NCBI GenBank assembly: GCA_964607485.1
Contig: CAZSKP010000012.1
Coordinates: 57,142-121,141 of the forward strand
Reading direction: 5' to 3'
DNA: 64,000 bases
From: an uncultured bacterium
Lineage (GTDB): Bacteria > Abyssobacteria > SURF-5
Made by a program: the position numbers and the translations under genes. This document shows, piece by piece, positions 1 through 9,920 of this stretch. A model generated the notes under the pieces. The model was not told where the DNA came from, made no database searches, and saw nothing but the letters and a program-made list of their open reading frames with translations. Positions within the stretch are counted from its first letter, which is position 1; each line of letters begins with the position of its first letter.

Positions 1-28
1 CTTGCAGCTCTTTGCTCCTCGCAATGAC
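1..28. repeat. Truncated REP-like element (…GCTCCTCGCAATGAC family) at the window edge
   Basis: Ends in gctcctcgcaatgac, like the widespread GTCATTGCGAG-type extragenic palindromes; cut off by the window start. Confidence 0.45.
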
Positions 29-256
29 GAGGCAGGGAACATTGGAGGGTGAGGAACTAATTGGACAGCAGTCCATATAGTCCCGGCAGTCGTATGACGT
101 AGGATGACGCTCCGATGAATGTCAAACGGTCACGAGGGAAGTGCCTCTCCTGTGGCTGACCGCGGGCGGTCAGGTGGGAGCCGGCCGCAGCGGCGCTCTC
201 TCGATTACTTCTACTACCATATTTAATCATGGCGAAATTAAGTGTGAATAAAACTC

Positions 257-285
257 TTGACAAACAATAGACGCCGTGGTACAAT
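257..285 (+). promoter_or_regulatory. Sigma70-type promoter for the polysaccharide locus
   Basis: TTGACA (257-262), 17-nt spacer, TGn extended -10 and TACAAT (280-285), in an AT-rich intergenic region. Confidence 0.75.
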
Positions 286-392
286 CTCCTAAACCTCAAC
301 ATAGTGCATTATTGTAAACAGGCCATACCACATGTTGGAGAGACGAATTCAAAACCAACGGGGACTGAAGACCAGAGAAAGGGAGGGTTCCA

Positions 393-845
393 ATGCGCTA
401 TAGGTCAATTGTTGTGCCGGCGCTCGCACTATGCCTGTCGCTGTGTATGACGCCGGAACCGGTCGGCGCGGCTCAGAAGCGGGTAACGCAGGGTGAGTAT
501 GCCGTGGCGCTCGCGAAAAAGCTTGAGATTGCCGAGTCTCCGACCGTCGCCGAAGCCGTCAGCCGACTCAAGCATTTGGGTGTCGAACCCGACAAGGGTT
601 GGAAGTCGGACGCGGAAATGACCCCGGAGCTGGTTGAGCAGCTTTACCGTCGGTTGGTCGACGCAGTCGAGGAGGGCAAGCTCGATTTCTCGGTCGATCA
701 GCTGAAGAAAATACTTCGCGACCTGGCTGTGAGCTTCGACCTGCCTTTCCCGTCAAAGCTGCCTCGCAGTTCGGGGGCGCCGCCGGCCCCATCTCCATCC
801 AGTATCGGCGTGGGCGGCGGCGGGGGCGCGAGCGTATCCGAGTGA
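393..845 (+). CDS. Secreted hypothetical protein, weak SLH-like motifs, Pro/Ser/Gly-rich tail
   Basis: GGAGG RBS; signal peptide (…PEPVGA|AQ); VTQGEYAVALAKKL; tail PPAPSPSSIGVGGGGGASVSE. Confidence 0.75.
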   Translation: MRYRSIVVPALALCLSLCMTPEPVGAAQKRVTQGEYAVALAKKLEIAESPTVAEAVSRLKHLGVEPDKGWKSDAEMTPELVEQLYRRLVDAVEEGKLDFSVDQLKKILRDLAVSFDLPFPSKLPRSSGAPPAPSPSSIGVGGGGGASVSE

Positions 846-910
846 GTGCGCGGGCGCTGTGAGAAGACTCTCCGTTTGCATTTCTCATAGATAAGGAAAA
901 GGAGAGCGAA

Positions 911-2176
911 ATGACCAGAAAAGCATTCTTTCTCCGGTCACACGGATTGAGTCACTGCGTCTTGGCTGCGGCAGTTGTCGGTCTCCTCGCGACGGTGAGC
1001 GCCCGCGCTCACGCGCAGGGGCCCATCGTGTATCCGGGCTATGTTCCGCCGCTCGAGCTTCGGGAGTATCCGGGCAACATACGGTGCGGGCCGGTTCGCA
1101 TCTATTCCGGGCTGGCATTGTCGGAAGAATACACCGACAACGCCTTCCTGACCGCCAACAACGAGAAAGAAGATTTCCTCAGCATCTTCAGCCCTTCGCT
1201 CGCGCTGCAATTGCCCATGCGGCGGCACGAGTTGCAGTTGGAGTACCGCATCGACGTGATACGGCGCGGGACCTATGAGCGCTACGATACCGAAGATCAC
1301 TACGCGCAGGCTCTGGCGAACTTGCGCTTCGGTCGCGGGCTGACGCTCAAGCTGGGCGACACGTTCCTCCGCACCGCGACGCCCCCGGATTTTTTGGGCG
1401 ACACGCTCGACGAGTTCAACTTCAATGCGTCAACCGTCCAGGCGACCTACGAGTTCGGCACGCGCTACAGGCTCCAAGCCGACTACACGTATTCGGTCAA
1501 GGACTACGACAGGTCGGCGGCGGAGATAGACAATTTTCGGGAACATGCCGCCAGCACGACGCTGTACTATCGCTTCCTGCCGAAGACGTGGGCGCTGGTG
1601 GAATACTATTTCTCCCGCGTTGACAACAACGATAAGGGCGGCCCCTCGACGGACAACGACAATCACAGAGTGTGGGCGGGGCTGTCGTGGGAGCCGACGG
1701 CGAAGATTCGGGGAACGGCAAAGGGCGGATACATCGAGCGGGATTACGACCGAGGCATAAGCAGCCGCGACAGCTTCGGGATGCAGGCGGCGGTGCAGTA
1801 CTCGCTCACGAACCGAACGACGTTCGACCTCTCTGCCTCGCGCGAGATCATCCAGACCGAGTTCACCCGCGAAGAGCAGTTTTACGGTGTGGACTACTAT
1901 CGCACCGGGGGAACGCTCGTGCTGAGGCAAAAGATGGCGTCGAAAATATACGGTGTTGCCGAAGGCTCTTTTTTCACTGACGACTACAACTCAAAGGGGG
2001 TCATCGGGAAGAAGAGGGAAGACGACCGGGTCTCCGTCGGGCTGGGTCTGGAATACCACCTCAGAAACTCGATGGCCCTGATATTCAAGTACTTGTATAT
2101 CGACAACGATTCAAACGTAGCAAGCGAGGATTACACCGAAAACCAAGCCTTTGTCTCGTTATCGCTGGCGTTCTGA
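911..2176 (+). CDS. Outer-membrane beta-barrel of polysaccharide export (EpsX/VpsM-like)
   Basis: Signal peptide AHA|Q, amphipathic Tyr-rich beta strands, C-terminal Phe (VSLSLAF), directly upstream of OPX. Confidence 0.8.
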   Translation: MTRKAFFLRSHGLSHCVLAAAVVGLLATVSARAHAQGPIVYPGYVPPLELREYPGNIRCGPVRIYSGLALSEEYTDNAFLTANNEKEDFLSIFSPSLALQLPMRRHELQLEYRIDVIRRGTYERYDTEDHYAQALANLRFGRGLTLKLGDTFLRTATPPDFLGDTLDEFNFNASTVQATYEFGTRYRLQADYTYSVKDYDRSAAEIDNFREHAASTTLYYRFLPKTWALVEYYFSRVDNNDKGGPSTDNDNHRVWAGLSWEPTAKIRGTAKGGYIERDYDRGISSRDSFGMQAAVQYSLTNRTTFDLSASREIIQTEFTREEQFYGVDYYRTGGTLVLRQKMASKIYGVAEGSFFTDDYNSKGVIGKKREDDRVSVGLGLEYHLRNSMALIFKYLYIDNDSNVASEDYTENQAFVSLSLAF

Positions 2177-2198
2177 TGCAACGCTGAAAGGAATGGCG

Positions 2199-3155
2199 AT
2201 GCGGCTGAAATCGTTGCTCCCCATAGTCCTGGCGGCAGTCTTGTTCGGATGCGCGCGGTATCCCACTATACCTGCCGTTCCCGAACCGGCCGAGACCGCG
2301 GCCGACGCCGCCCAGGATGTTCCGGCCGAATTTTCAGGCGGGTTGCCCGAGTTGAAGGGGGTCGCCCTCAGCCGGGCGGATTCGGACTACGTCGTCGGCC
2401 CGGGGGACAGTCTGAAGATAACCGTGTGGGGCCATGACGATCTCACCCGCACGGTGCAAGTGTCGGAAGAGGGAAATTTCTCGTACCCGCTCATTGGCAA
2501 AGTTCACGCCGACGAGCTGTCGGTCTCGCAGATCGAACAGGAGATAACCCGGCGGCTCGACGGAAAGTATCTCATCAATCCTCAGGTCACGATCGTGGTG
2601 GAGGAGTTCAGAAGCAAACGAGTGTTCGTCCTTGGAGAGGTCGGCGGACCCCAGGGCCACGGCAAGGGCCCCGGAGCCTATCCGCTGACCGGGCAAACCT
2701 CGTTGATCGAGATTCTGTCGGCCGCGGGCGGTCTCACGTCCGAGGCCGGAGGCGAGGTCGTCGTCGTGCGTCCCATCTCCGACAAGAAGAGCGACCAGCC
2801 TCTGCCGCCGCAGGAATCGGAGACGGCGAAGGTGATCAGGCTCAACGTGAAGCACCTGCTCGGAGGGGATGCGACCCAGAACATCCTGCTCGAGGACGGC
2901 GACACGATTTACGTTCCGTCGGCGCAATATTTCTTCGTCTTCGGACAGGTGAAGAATCCGGGCCGATACGTGCTCGAGTCGGAGACCACCGTGCTGAAGG
3001 CCATCACCATGGCGGGCGGTCTCACCGAGATTGCGGCGGTCAAGAAGACTCGAATCCTCCGGGAAGAGAGCGGAGCGCGGATAGAAAGGCGCGTTGAGAT
3101 GACCAGCAGGGTGATGCCCCAGGACATCATAATGGTTCCCGAAAGTTTCTTCTAA
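2199..3155 (+). CDS. wza: OPX/Wza-family polysaccharide export lipoprotein (Poly_export + 2 SLBB)
   Basis: Lipobox LFGC; YVVGPGDSLKITVWG, GNFSYPLIG, VFVLGEV and GQVKNPG SLBB repeats; start set at ATG 2199 after AAAGGA. Confidence 0.9.
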   Translation: MRLKSLLPIVLAAVLFGCARYPTIPAVPEPAETAADAAQDVPAEFSGGLPELKGVALSRADSDYVVGPGDSLKITVWGHDDLTRTVQVSEEGNFSYPLIGKVHADELSVSQIEQEITRRLDGKYLINPQVTIVVEEFRSKRVFVLGEVGGPQGHGKGPGAYPLTGQTSLIEILSAAGGLTSEAGGEVVVVRPISDKKSDQPLPPQESETAKVIRLNVKHLLGGDATQNILLEDGDTIYVPSAQYFFVFGQVKNPGRYVLESETTVLKAITMAGGLTEIAAVKKTRILREESGARIERRVEMTSRVMPQDIIMVPESFF

Positions 3156-3169
3156 ACAATGAGGAGAGC

Positions 3170-5458
3170 ATGAACGAACGGACTGTCAGCAGAGGCGGAA
3201 ATAAGCTTGCATCTTTGCCCGAGCCTTTTGACGTGGGGGTAGTGCTCCGAACGCTGTGGAAGCGTCGATGGGCTGTTGCATCGATATTCCTCGTGACCGT
3301 CACCGCGGCGGCGATACGGTCTTTCGGCGCGACGCCCATCTACAGGGCGACGACTCAAGTGCTCATCGACCGCGAGAACCCCAACATCGTGAACGTACAG
3401 GAGGTGCTGGCCATCGACACGGCCGACACCGACTATTACCTGACCCAATACGAGATATTGAAGAGCCGCTCGCTCGCACAGCGGGTCATAAAATCTCTGA
3501 AGCTGGACTCCGACGAAGTATTCAACCCGTCACCCAGGAGAACCTCGCTGAGCAAACGTCTGGGTTTGACGGGGCTCATCGAGTCTGTTCGCGGTGCCTT
3601 TCGGAAACAGGAAGAGAAGCCCGGCGCCGAAGAATCCCAGCTCCAGGCCCTCACAGACCGGTATCTTCGTTCCCTCAGCATCGAACCCGTCAGGAACAGC
3701 AGGCTGGTCGACATAAGTTTCGAGTGCCCGGACCCACGCCTGGCGGCCCGCATCGCCGACGCTCACGGCCGACTCTACATAGAGGCATCGCTCGACAGGA
3801 AGTTTTCCGCCTCACAGGATGCGGTCGAATGGCTCAAGGGGCGAATCACCGCCATCCAGGCAAAACTTGAGGCGTCCGAGCGGGCGCTCCAAAAATACCG
3901 GCAGGAGAACAATCTCGTGTCGGTGGACTTCGAAGAACGCCACAACATAATCGTTCAGAAGCTGGGCGACCTCAATGCCGCCCTCACACGGGCGAGAACC
4001 GACTCCATCGAAAAAGAGAACCTTTACGCGGAATTTGGAAAGGCGCGTTCAGACCCTCGCATGCTCGAATCCATTCCTGCCGTGGTCAACAACTCACTCA
4101 TCCAGCGATTGAAATCCGAAAAGGTGGACCTCGAAACGAAGGAATCGGAGCTCGCGCAGAAGTTCGGGCCGGAACATCCCAAAATGATAAGCGTACGCTC
4201 GGAGCTGGAGGAGTTGAAGAAGAAGATCAACATGGAGATGTACAAGATCGGGGAGAGCATCGAGCTGGAGTACAGAATGGCGCTCGCGAAAGAAAAGTCG
4301 CTCCTGGCGGCGCTCGAGGAACAGAAACGCGAGGCGCTCGAATTGAACCAGAAGGAGATTCACTACAACGTGCTCAAACGCGAGACCGAGACGGAACGGC
4401 TGATGTATGAAAACCTGCTCAAGAGGGCCAAGGAAGCCAGTCTGACGGGCGGCATACGCGCCTCGAACATCGCCATTGTGGACCCCGCGTACGTCCCCGG
4501 CACGCCCGTGCGTCCGCGCCGCGCGCTCAACATGTTCATCGCGGTCGTCGGCGGATTGGCTCTGGGCCTGGGGCTGGCGGCGCTTCTGGAATATCTGGAC
4601 AACACCATCAAGAACAGCGAAGACGTGGAGCTGTCCGTTGAAGTGCCCTTCCTCGGCACGGTCAGGCACTTCAAGAAGAGCAGCGACAGCAAGGTGGACG
4701 GTGAACTCGTCACGGCGTCTCATCCCAAGTCTGCGGTGTCGGAGGCGTTCCGAAACATCCGAACCAACGTGCTCTTCTCCACGCTGGGGACCCGAGGACA
4801 GACGCTGCTGGTCACCTCCGCAAGCATGCTGGAGGGGAAGACGGTTTTCACTTGCAACCTTGCAGTCACGCTGGCCCAGTTGCAGAAGAAGGTGTTGCTC
4901 GTGGACGCAGACCTCCGGCGCCCCCGCATCCACAAGGTCTTCGGCATAAAGGACACGCCCGGACTCAGCGATATCCTGACCGGACAGATGCCGCTCGACA
5001 AGTGCGTTCGTCAGACCACCGGCGGGAACCTCTCGATACTCCCGTGCGGGCCGATCCCGCCCAATCCGTCCGAGCTTCTTTCCTTGAAAGTCATGGATGA
5101 GTTCATTGAAGAAGCGAGACAACTATATGACATCGTGCTGCTCGATTCGCCGCCGGTGTTGTTTGTGACCGACCCCGTCATAATCTCCAAGAAGGTGGAC
5201 GGGACCATTGCCATCGTCAGAAGCGGCAGGACACCGCGCCAAGCTCTCCGAAGGATTATCTCGACGCTGCAGGAGATCGAGGCGCGCGTGATCGGGGTCG
5301 TGCTCAACAACGTGGATGTGGACACCGAGTCCTACTATTATCCCTACTATTACCGGTATGGGAAGCACGGATATTACGAGCAGGATGACAGCGAAAAGGA
5401 GCGCACCGCTTCAACGAGAAAGCGAAAAGCTTCGGAGAAACCATACGCAAAGGTTTGA
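3170..5458 (+). CDS. wzc: Wzc-type polysaccharide co-polymerase / BY-kinase
   Basis: Two TMs flanking a coiled coil; Walker A EGKT, DADLRRP, DSPP; C-terminal Tyr cluster YYYPYYYRYGKHGYY. Confidence 0.93.
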   Translation: MNERTVSRGGNKLASLPEPFDVGVVLRTLWKRRWAVASIFLVTVTAAAIRSFGATPIYRATTQVLIDRENPNIVNVQEVLAIDTADTDYYLTQYEILKSRSLAQRVIKSLKLDSDEVFNPSPRRTSLSKRLGLTGLIESVRGAFRKQEEKPGAEESQLQALTDRYLRSLSIEPVRNSRLVDISFECPDPRLAARIADAHGRLYIEASLDRKFSASQDAVEWLKGRITAIQAKLEASERALQKYRQENNLVSVDFEERHNIIVQKLGDLNAALTRARTDSIEKENLYAEFGKARSDPRMLESIPAVVNNSLIQRLKSEKVDLETKESELAQKFGPEHPKMISVRSELEELKKKINMEMYKIGESIELEYRMALAKEKSLLAALEEQKREALELNQKEIHYNVLKRETETERLMYENLLKRAKEASLTGGIRASNIAIVDPAYVPGTPVRPRRALNMFIAVVGGLALGLGLAALLEYLDNTIKNSEDVELSVEVPFLGTVRHFKKSSDSKVDGELVTASHPKSAVSEAFRNIRTNVLFSTLGTRGQTLLVTSASMLEGKTVFTCNLAVTLAQLQKKVLLVDADLRRPRIHKVFGIKDTPGLSDILTGQMPLDKCVRQTTGGNLSILPCGPIPPNPSELLSLKVMDEFIEEARQLYDIVLLDSPPVLFVTDPVIISKKVDGTIAIVRSGRTPRQALRRIISTLQEIEARVIGVVLNNVDVDTESYYYPYYYRYGKHGYYEQDDSEKERTASTRKRKASEKPYAKV

Positions 5459-5570
5459 GGCGGTGTTCGCGGAGGCCGCGGGGTCGCTTGCGCCTGTCTG
5501 GGTGTGCGAGCGTGAACCTGAGTTAAGCGTCTCGCCGGTAGGAGGCTGACGAGACGAATAGAGGAGGACA

Positions 5571-7622
5571 ATGGTTGGTTCAACCTTTTGTTCCGAGTCT
5601 CAGCAGCGGCGGCCTCCGCAGCTGTCTCGCAGGGTGGACGAATCGAACACTACTTCTCCCCTCGCCGCTATGAACTCCGGCCGGTGCAACCGGACGCTGA
5701 CCAGGGGCGTGATTGTACTCCTCGTGTTTATGCCGTTGGCCCTCGGCTCCGTTCACATGTGGTCTTCCTCACTTTCCTTAACAGTTGTGTTTCTGATGAC
5801 GGCCGTGTTTCTCGCCCGAAGGGTGCTCGACGGCGGCCTCGTGATTCCGGCGGTTCCTGCGTGGCCGTTTCTTGGTCTGATCTTCCTAGTCGCGTCGGTC
5901 CAGATCCTGCCCATGCCGCTTCGCGTGTTGGAAGTTATATCTCCGGAGAAGGCATCGCTCGGGCAGGCCGCTGCCGTGCCGTTCGCCGTCGGCGGGCTGC
6001 ACTCCTTGAGCCTGTACCCCCGCGCCACGATCGGGGCCGTCTTGAAATTGTCGGCGTTCGTCGCGCTGTTTCTGCTTGTCACCAACCTCTTCCGCACCGA
6101 CCGAGCCCTCAAGAAGCTGGCGCTCGCCATCGCGTGCACGGGATTCGCAGTGGCGCTGGTCGGACTCCTCCAGCACGCAGCCGGTACAGACGGCATCTAC
6201 GGATTCTGGCGGTCAAGATACTGGAAAGCCGGCGAGGGCAGCTTCTTCGGGTCGTTCGTGAACAAGAATCACTTTGCCGGGTACATGGAGATGTCGATTC
6301 CGCTGACGCTCGCGCTGGGGGTCGGCCGGCGTTCGCGCAGGCGCGTGAAAACGCTGTCACGCCGATTCGTCGATGCCGAGTCGGGAATATTCCGGACTTT
6401 GTTTGTGTTGTTCTGCGCGTCGGTCATGTTCTGGGCGTTACTGTGCTCAGGTTCGATAGGGGGAATCGCGAGCCTCGCGCTGGCCGCGGCGATTGTGGTT
6501 CTCACGCCCGCGCTGCGAAGGGGCTCATGGAAATTCCGGTTCTTCGCGATCGTCGGAGTCCTGCTCGCCTGTGCGGGAATCAGCGCTTACGTCGGAGACG
6601 CATCGCCCTTGGCGTTCGCGGGAATCGATTCCTCCCGCGCGCACGTGTGGCAGGACTCACTCACGATGGGCTCGAAACACCCGTGGATGGGAACGGGCCT
6701 CGGCACGTTTGAGCACGTGTTTCCCGTCTATAGCACGCTTCATGACGGCGTCACATACAGACACGCGCACAACGAATACGTGCAGTTTTTCGCGGAGATG
6801 GGCATCTTCGGCCTGATAGGTCTGGCCGGCGTCTTCGTCGTTCTTGCTTTCCTGTCCCTGTCCTCCCTCCGCCGAAATATTCGCTTGCGCTCATCGTCGT
6901 TGGCGATTGCGTCGCTCACGGGCGCGCTCTCACTGACGCTTCACGGAATCGTCGATTTTAATTTTCACATAACAGCCAACGCGCTGACGCTCGCAGTCGT
7001 GGCGGGCATCGCGCTGAATTCCATGCTTCCGTTTTCCGACTCTCCGTCTCCGTTTCGCGAAATTCAGATAGACCTTTCGGAAAGGCTGCCGAAGCGGTGC
7101 TGTATTGCAGGCATATCGTTTTGCATTCTCCTCTCGCTGCTGGCTGCTTCGGCCGCCACCGCCGGGATGTACCGTTCGCGCGCAGAATCCATTGTCGCGG
7201 AACGAGGCGGACGACCGGAGACGGCGCTGGACCACCTCAAGAAAGCAAGGAGATTCGACCCGCTCAACTCCAAATACGCGTACATGCGTGGGAGAATCTA
7301 CGAGATGCTCGCAATGCGAGAACGTTGGGACGAAGCTTCGAGAGAACGGCTCTTCAATTTGGCGACGAAGGAATACGCCCGCGCGACGACACTGGAGCCG
7401 ACGAGCGCTTTGTATCACCTCAGCGTTGCCTACGCGCTCGCGGGCGGCGATCCCGCGGCGACGACTCCCGCCGTCGAAAAGGAGTTCGAGGTGGCGCGTC
7501 TGCTCGACCCGTCGAGTCCGAAGGTCAGCGAGTACATCGCACAGTGGAGCCGCATTCGGGACGGCGCTCCCGACAAATGGGGGAAAGCGCATGGTATCGA
7601 TACTGGCTTACCACGGAGTTGA
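5571..7622 (+). CDS. O-antigen ligase (Wzy_C) family membrane protein with C-terminal TPR
   Basis: Many TMs; GSFVNKNHFAGY, R..VW, GTGLGTF, HAHNEYVQ; TPR-like helical tail; GAGGAGG RBS. Confidence 0.85.
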   Translation: MVGSTFCSESQQRRPPQLSRRVDESNTTSPLAAMNSGRCNRTLTRGVIVLLVFMPLALGSVHMWSSSLSLTVVFLMTAVFLARRVLDGGLVIPAVPAWPFLGLIFLVASVQILPMPLRVLEVISPEKASLGQAAAVPFAVGGLHSLSLYPRATIGAVLKLSAFVALFLLVTNLFRTDRALKKLALAIACTGFAVALVGLLQHAAGTDGIYGFWRSRYWKAGEGSFFGSFVNKNHFAGYMEMSIPLTLALGVGRRSRRRVKTLSRRFVDAESGIFRTLFVLFCASVMFWALLCSGSIGGIASLALAAAIVVLTPALRRGSWKFRFFAIVGVLLACAGISAYVGDASPLAFAGIDSSRAHVWQDSLTMGSKHPWMGTGLGTFEHVFPVYSTLHDGVTYRHAHNEYVQFFAEMGIFGLIGLAGVFVVLAFLSLSSLRRNIRLRSSSLAIASLTGALSLTLHGIVDFNFHITANALTLAVVAGIALNSMLPFSDSPSPFREIQIDLSERLPKRCCIAGISFCILLSLLAASAATAGMYRSRAESIVAERGGRPETALDHLKKARRFDPLNSKYAYMRGRIYEMLAMRERWDEASRERLFNLATKEYARATTLEPTSALYHLSVAYALAGGDPAATTPAVEKEFEVARLLDPSSPKVSEYIAQWSRIRDGAPDKWGKAHGIDTGLPRS

Positions 7623-8379
7623 ACAGACAATTCCGGAGAGACAGACCGTCTGTTTCGCCGGTATGGAGTTCAGGTTGAACTCGCTCCGCGTGAAGCTCGA
7701 CTCGTTCAGAAGCCAACTGCAGTATCTTCGTCGAAAAGGGTATCGAAGCGTCGGGCTGGATGAGGTGCTGCGCGCGAGAGAATCGGGCGACGACGCGAAG
7801 GCCAAGATTGTGGCGATAACGTTCGACGACGGCTTCAGCGACCTGCACCTTCCCACCAGGTATATCCTCGAAGAGTTCGGTTTCACGGCGACCGTGTTTC
7901 TCGTGGTCGGAAGGATAACCGACCAAGGACGCAACGGCTTTCTGACGTGGCGTCAAGTACGCGAAATGAAGCGCTCCGGGTTTTCCTTCGGCGCGCACAC
8001 GCTCACCCATCCGTTCCTCACGTCGCTCAGTCCTGAGGAGGCCTTCCACGAAATATCCGAATCGAAGCGGATAATCGAAGAAGAGATTCAGACCGAAGTG
8101 AGATTCTTCTGCTACCCGTTCGGCGATTTCAACCCGCAGGTGGTGGAGCTTGTGAGACGAGCGGGCTTCAAAGGAGCGGTCGTCACACCCACGCGGCCCG
8201 GCATCGCGGAGACCGCCTTTACCATGAAGCGGGTCGGAGTGAACAGGGGCAATTCGATGCTCACTTTCAAGCTGAAGCTGAACGGCGACTACGACGTGTT
8301 CAGAGACAGCCCCGTGCTGTCTCAGTTCAGTCATCTCAGGAGACGGATTCTTTTGTCGTTGGCAAGGGAGGCCCTATGA
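7591..8379 (+). CDS. Polysaccharide deacetylase (CE4/NodB, IcaB-like)
   Basis: ILAYHGV, ITFDDGF, GAHTLTHP, FCYPFG; start MVSIL at 7591. Confidence 0.9.
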   Translation: MVSILAYHGVEQTIPERQTVCFAGMEFRLNSLRVKLDSFRSQLQYLRRKGYRSVGLDEVLRARESGDDAKAKIVAITFDDGFSDLHLPTRYILEEFGFTATVFLVVGRITDQGRNGFLTWRQVREMKRSGFSFGAHTLTHPFLTSLSPEEAFHEISESKRIIEEEIQTEVRFFCYPFGDFNPQVVELVRRAGFKGAVVTPTRPGIAETAFTMKRVGVNRGNSMLTFKLKLNGDYDVFRDSPVLSQFSHLRRRILLSLAREAL

Positions 8380-9917
8380 CCATGCGCGTGTGTCTCATCA
8401 ATCCTCTCATCCAGAATTCGATGTGGGAAAACGATCTCGCCGCAAAGTGGCCGCCGCTGGGAATCGCCTACATCGCCGCCGTGCTCGAGAGAGCCGGACA
8501 CGAGGTGAAGATAGTGGAGAGACGTTGGCTCATCGGGGGGCGCAAGCGAACGCGCGAGAATGTGCAGGCTCTCGACGACGCCACGCGCTCGCTTCTCTCC
8601 CAGTTCAAACCTCAGATAGTCGGAATCACCGCCACGACTCCCCAGATATCCGACGCATACAGGACCGCCAGGGTCGCGAAACTTGCCGACTCTTCCACGC
8701 AGGTGGTCGTCGGAGGCTGCCACGCAACCGTGGAGCCCGAACGCACGCTCGAACAGTGCCCGCACATCGACATAGTCGTCAGAGGCGAGGGAGAAGAGGC
8801 AATGACCGAACTGGCCGCGGGCGTGCCACCGGCCGTCGTGCAAGGTCTGACGCTGCGGGACGGAATCGGATTCGTTCACAATCCGCCCAGGTCGTTTGTG
8901 AAGGATCTCGACTGCCTTCCCTACCCCGCACGGCACCTGCTCGACCGCAGGACGTATTTCACGCCCACCGCCACGACACTGCGCGGATTCTTCCTGAACG
9001 CAACGAACGTGTTCACCACGCGCGGATGCCCCTATTCGTGCTCGTTCTGCGCGAGGGACTGCCTGGCGGCGTCGAACTCCGGCGCTTACGTGCGCTTCCA
9101 GTCGCCCGAGTACGTGACGGGCGAGATCGAGTACCTGATTTCCGATTACGGCGTCAACGGCATACTGTTCGCCGAAGACATCTTCGCACTTCGCAAGGCG
9201 CGCGTGGAGGACCTCTGCGCGAAGATGCTGAGCTCGGGCATCTCCGAAAAAATACGCTGGGGCACGAACCTGCGCGTCGATTTTGCGGACCCTGCGCTGC
9301 TGAAACTCATGCAGAGAGCGGGATGCGTTCGAATCATCTACGGGTGCGAGAGCGGCTCGCAGCGAATACTCAAGCTGCTTGGCAAGAAGGTCACCGTAGA
9401 GCAGAACGAGGCGGCGGTGAGGCTAACGAAGGAGGCGGGTATATCGTGCGAGGTCAACATGATGCTCGGCCTTCCCACTGAGACCGACGAGGACATACTC
9501 GCGACGATAGGATTTCTGAAGAAGTGCCAGCCCGACCGCATCAACAAGGGAAAGCTTTACCCGATCCCCGGCACTCAACTTTACAAGGAGTTCCTTGAGA
9601 ATGGGACGATACGCGAGCCGGAAAACTGGGATGAGCTGTGGGACAAGTACGTCGCGGCCGACTTCACGTTCGCCGATATGACACCCCGGAGGTTCAACGA
9701 ACTGTTCGCGAAATTCGAGCGGGAAGTTTCCCTTCCCATCAACTACAAATTTCATATATCCACCAACCTCTGGAAGCATCCATTGTATGCGCTCCAGCAG
9801 TCGTTCCTGATGGCCGGACATCTTGCGGTCATGCACACGTTTTCAACCAAGGCGCAGCGTCGTGCCAGAAAAGCGGCGGAACTGTTCCGAATGAAATCGC
9901 GACTGGTAGCGAGGTGA
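8376..9917 (+). CDS. Cobalamin-binding radical SAM protein
   Basis: PPLGIAYIAA and GGCHAT B12 domain; TRGCPYSCSFC (CxxxCxxC); GCESGS. Confidence 0.9.
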   Translation: MTMRVCLINPLIQNSMWENDLAAKWPPLGIAYIAAVLERAGHEVKIVERRWLIGGRKRTRENVQALDDATRSLLSQFKPQIVGITATTPQISDAYRTARVAKLADSSTQVVVGGCHATVEPERTLEQCPHIDIVVRGEGEEAMTELAAGVPPAVVQGLTLRDGIGFVHNPPRSFVKDLDCLPYPARHLLDRRTYFTPTATTLRGFFLNATNVFTTRGCPYSCSFCARDCLAASNSGAYVRFQSPEYVTGEIEYLISDYGVNGILFAEDIFALRKARVEDLCAKMLSSGISEKIRWGTNLRVDFADPALLKLMQRAGCVRIIYGCESGSQRILKLLGKKVTVEQNEAAVRLTKEAGISCEVNMMLGLPTETDEDILATIGFLKKCQPDRINKGKLYPIPGTQLYKEFLENGTIREPENWDELWDKYVAADFTFADMTPRRFNELFAKFEREVSLPINYKFHISTNLWKHPLYALQQSFLMAGHLAVMHTFSTKAQRRARKAAELFRMKSRLVAR

Positions 9918-9920
9918 GGT

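Noticed and set aside
57-302. 81-aa minus-strand ORF
   Set aside because: It spans the AT-rich promoter region, with no RBS or protein-like features.
5459-5570. ops/JUMPstart antitermination element (gccggtag)
   Set aside because: Mismatch to GGCGGTAG, internal position, and no RfaH/NusG paralogue in the window.
7105-7590. Long N-terminal extensions in the ORF track (also 12512, 24976, 31032, 57041)
   Set aside because: They overlap upstream genes in another frame; true starts are downstream ATG/GTG codons with RBS or stop-start coupling. These are not fusions or frameshifts.
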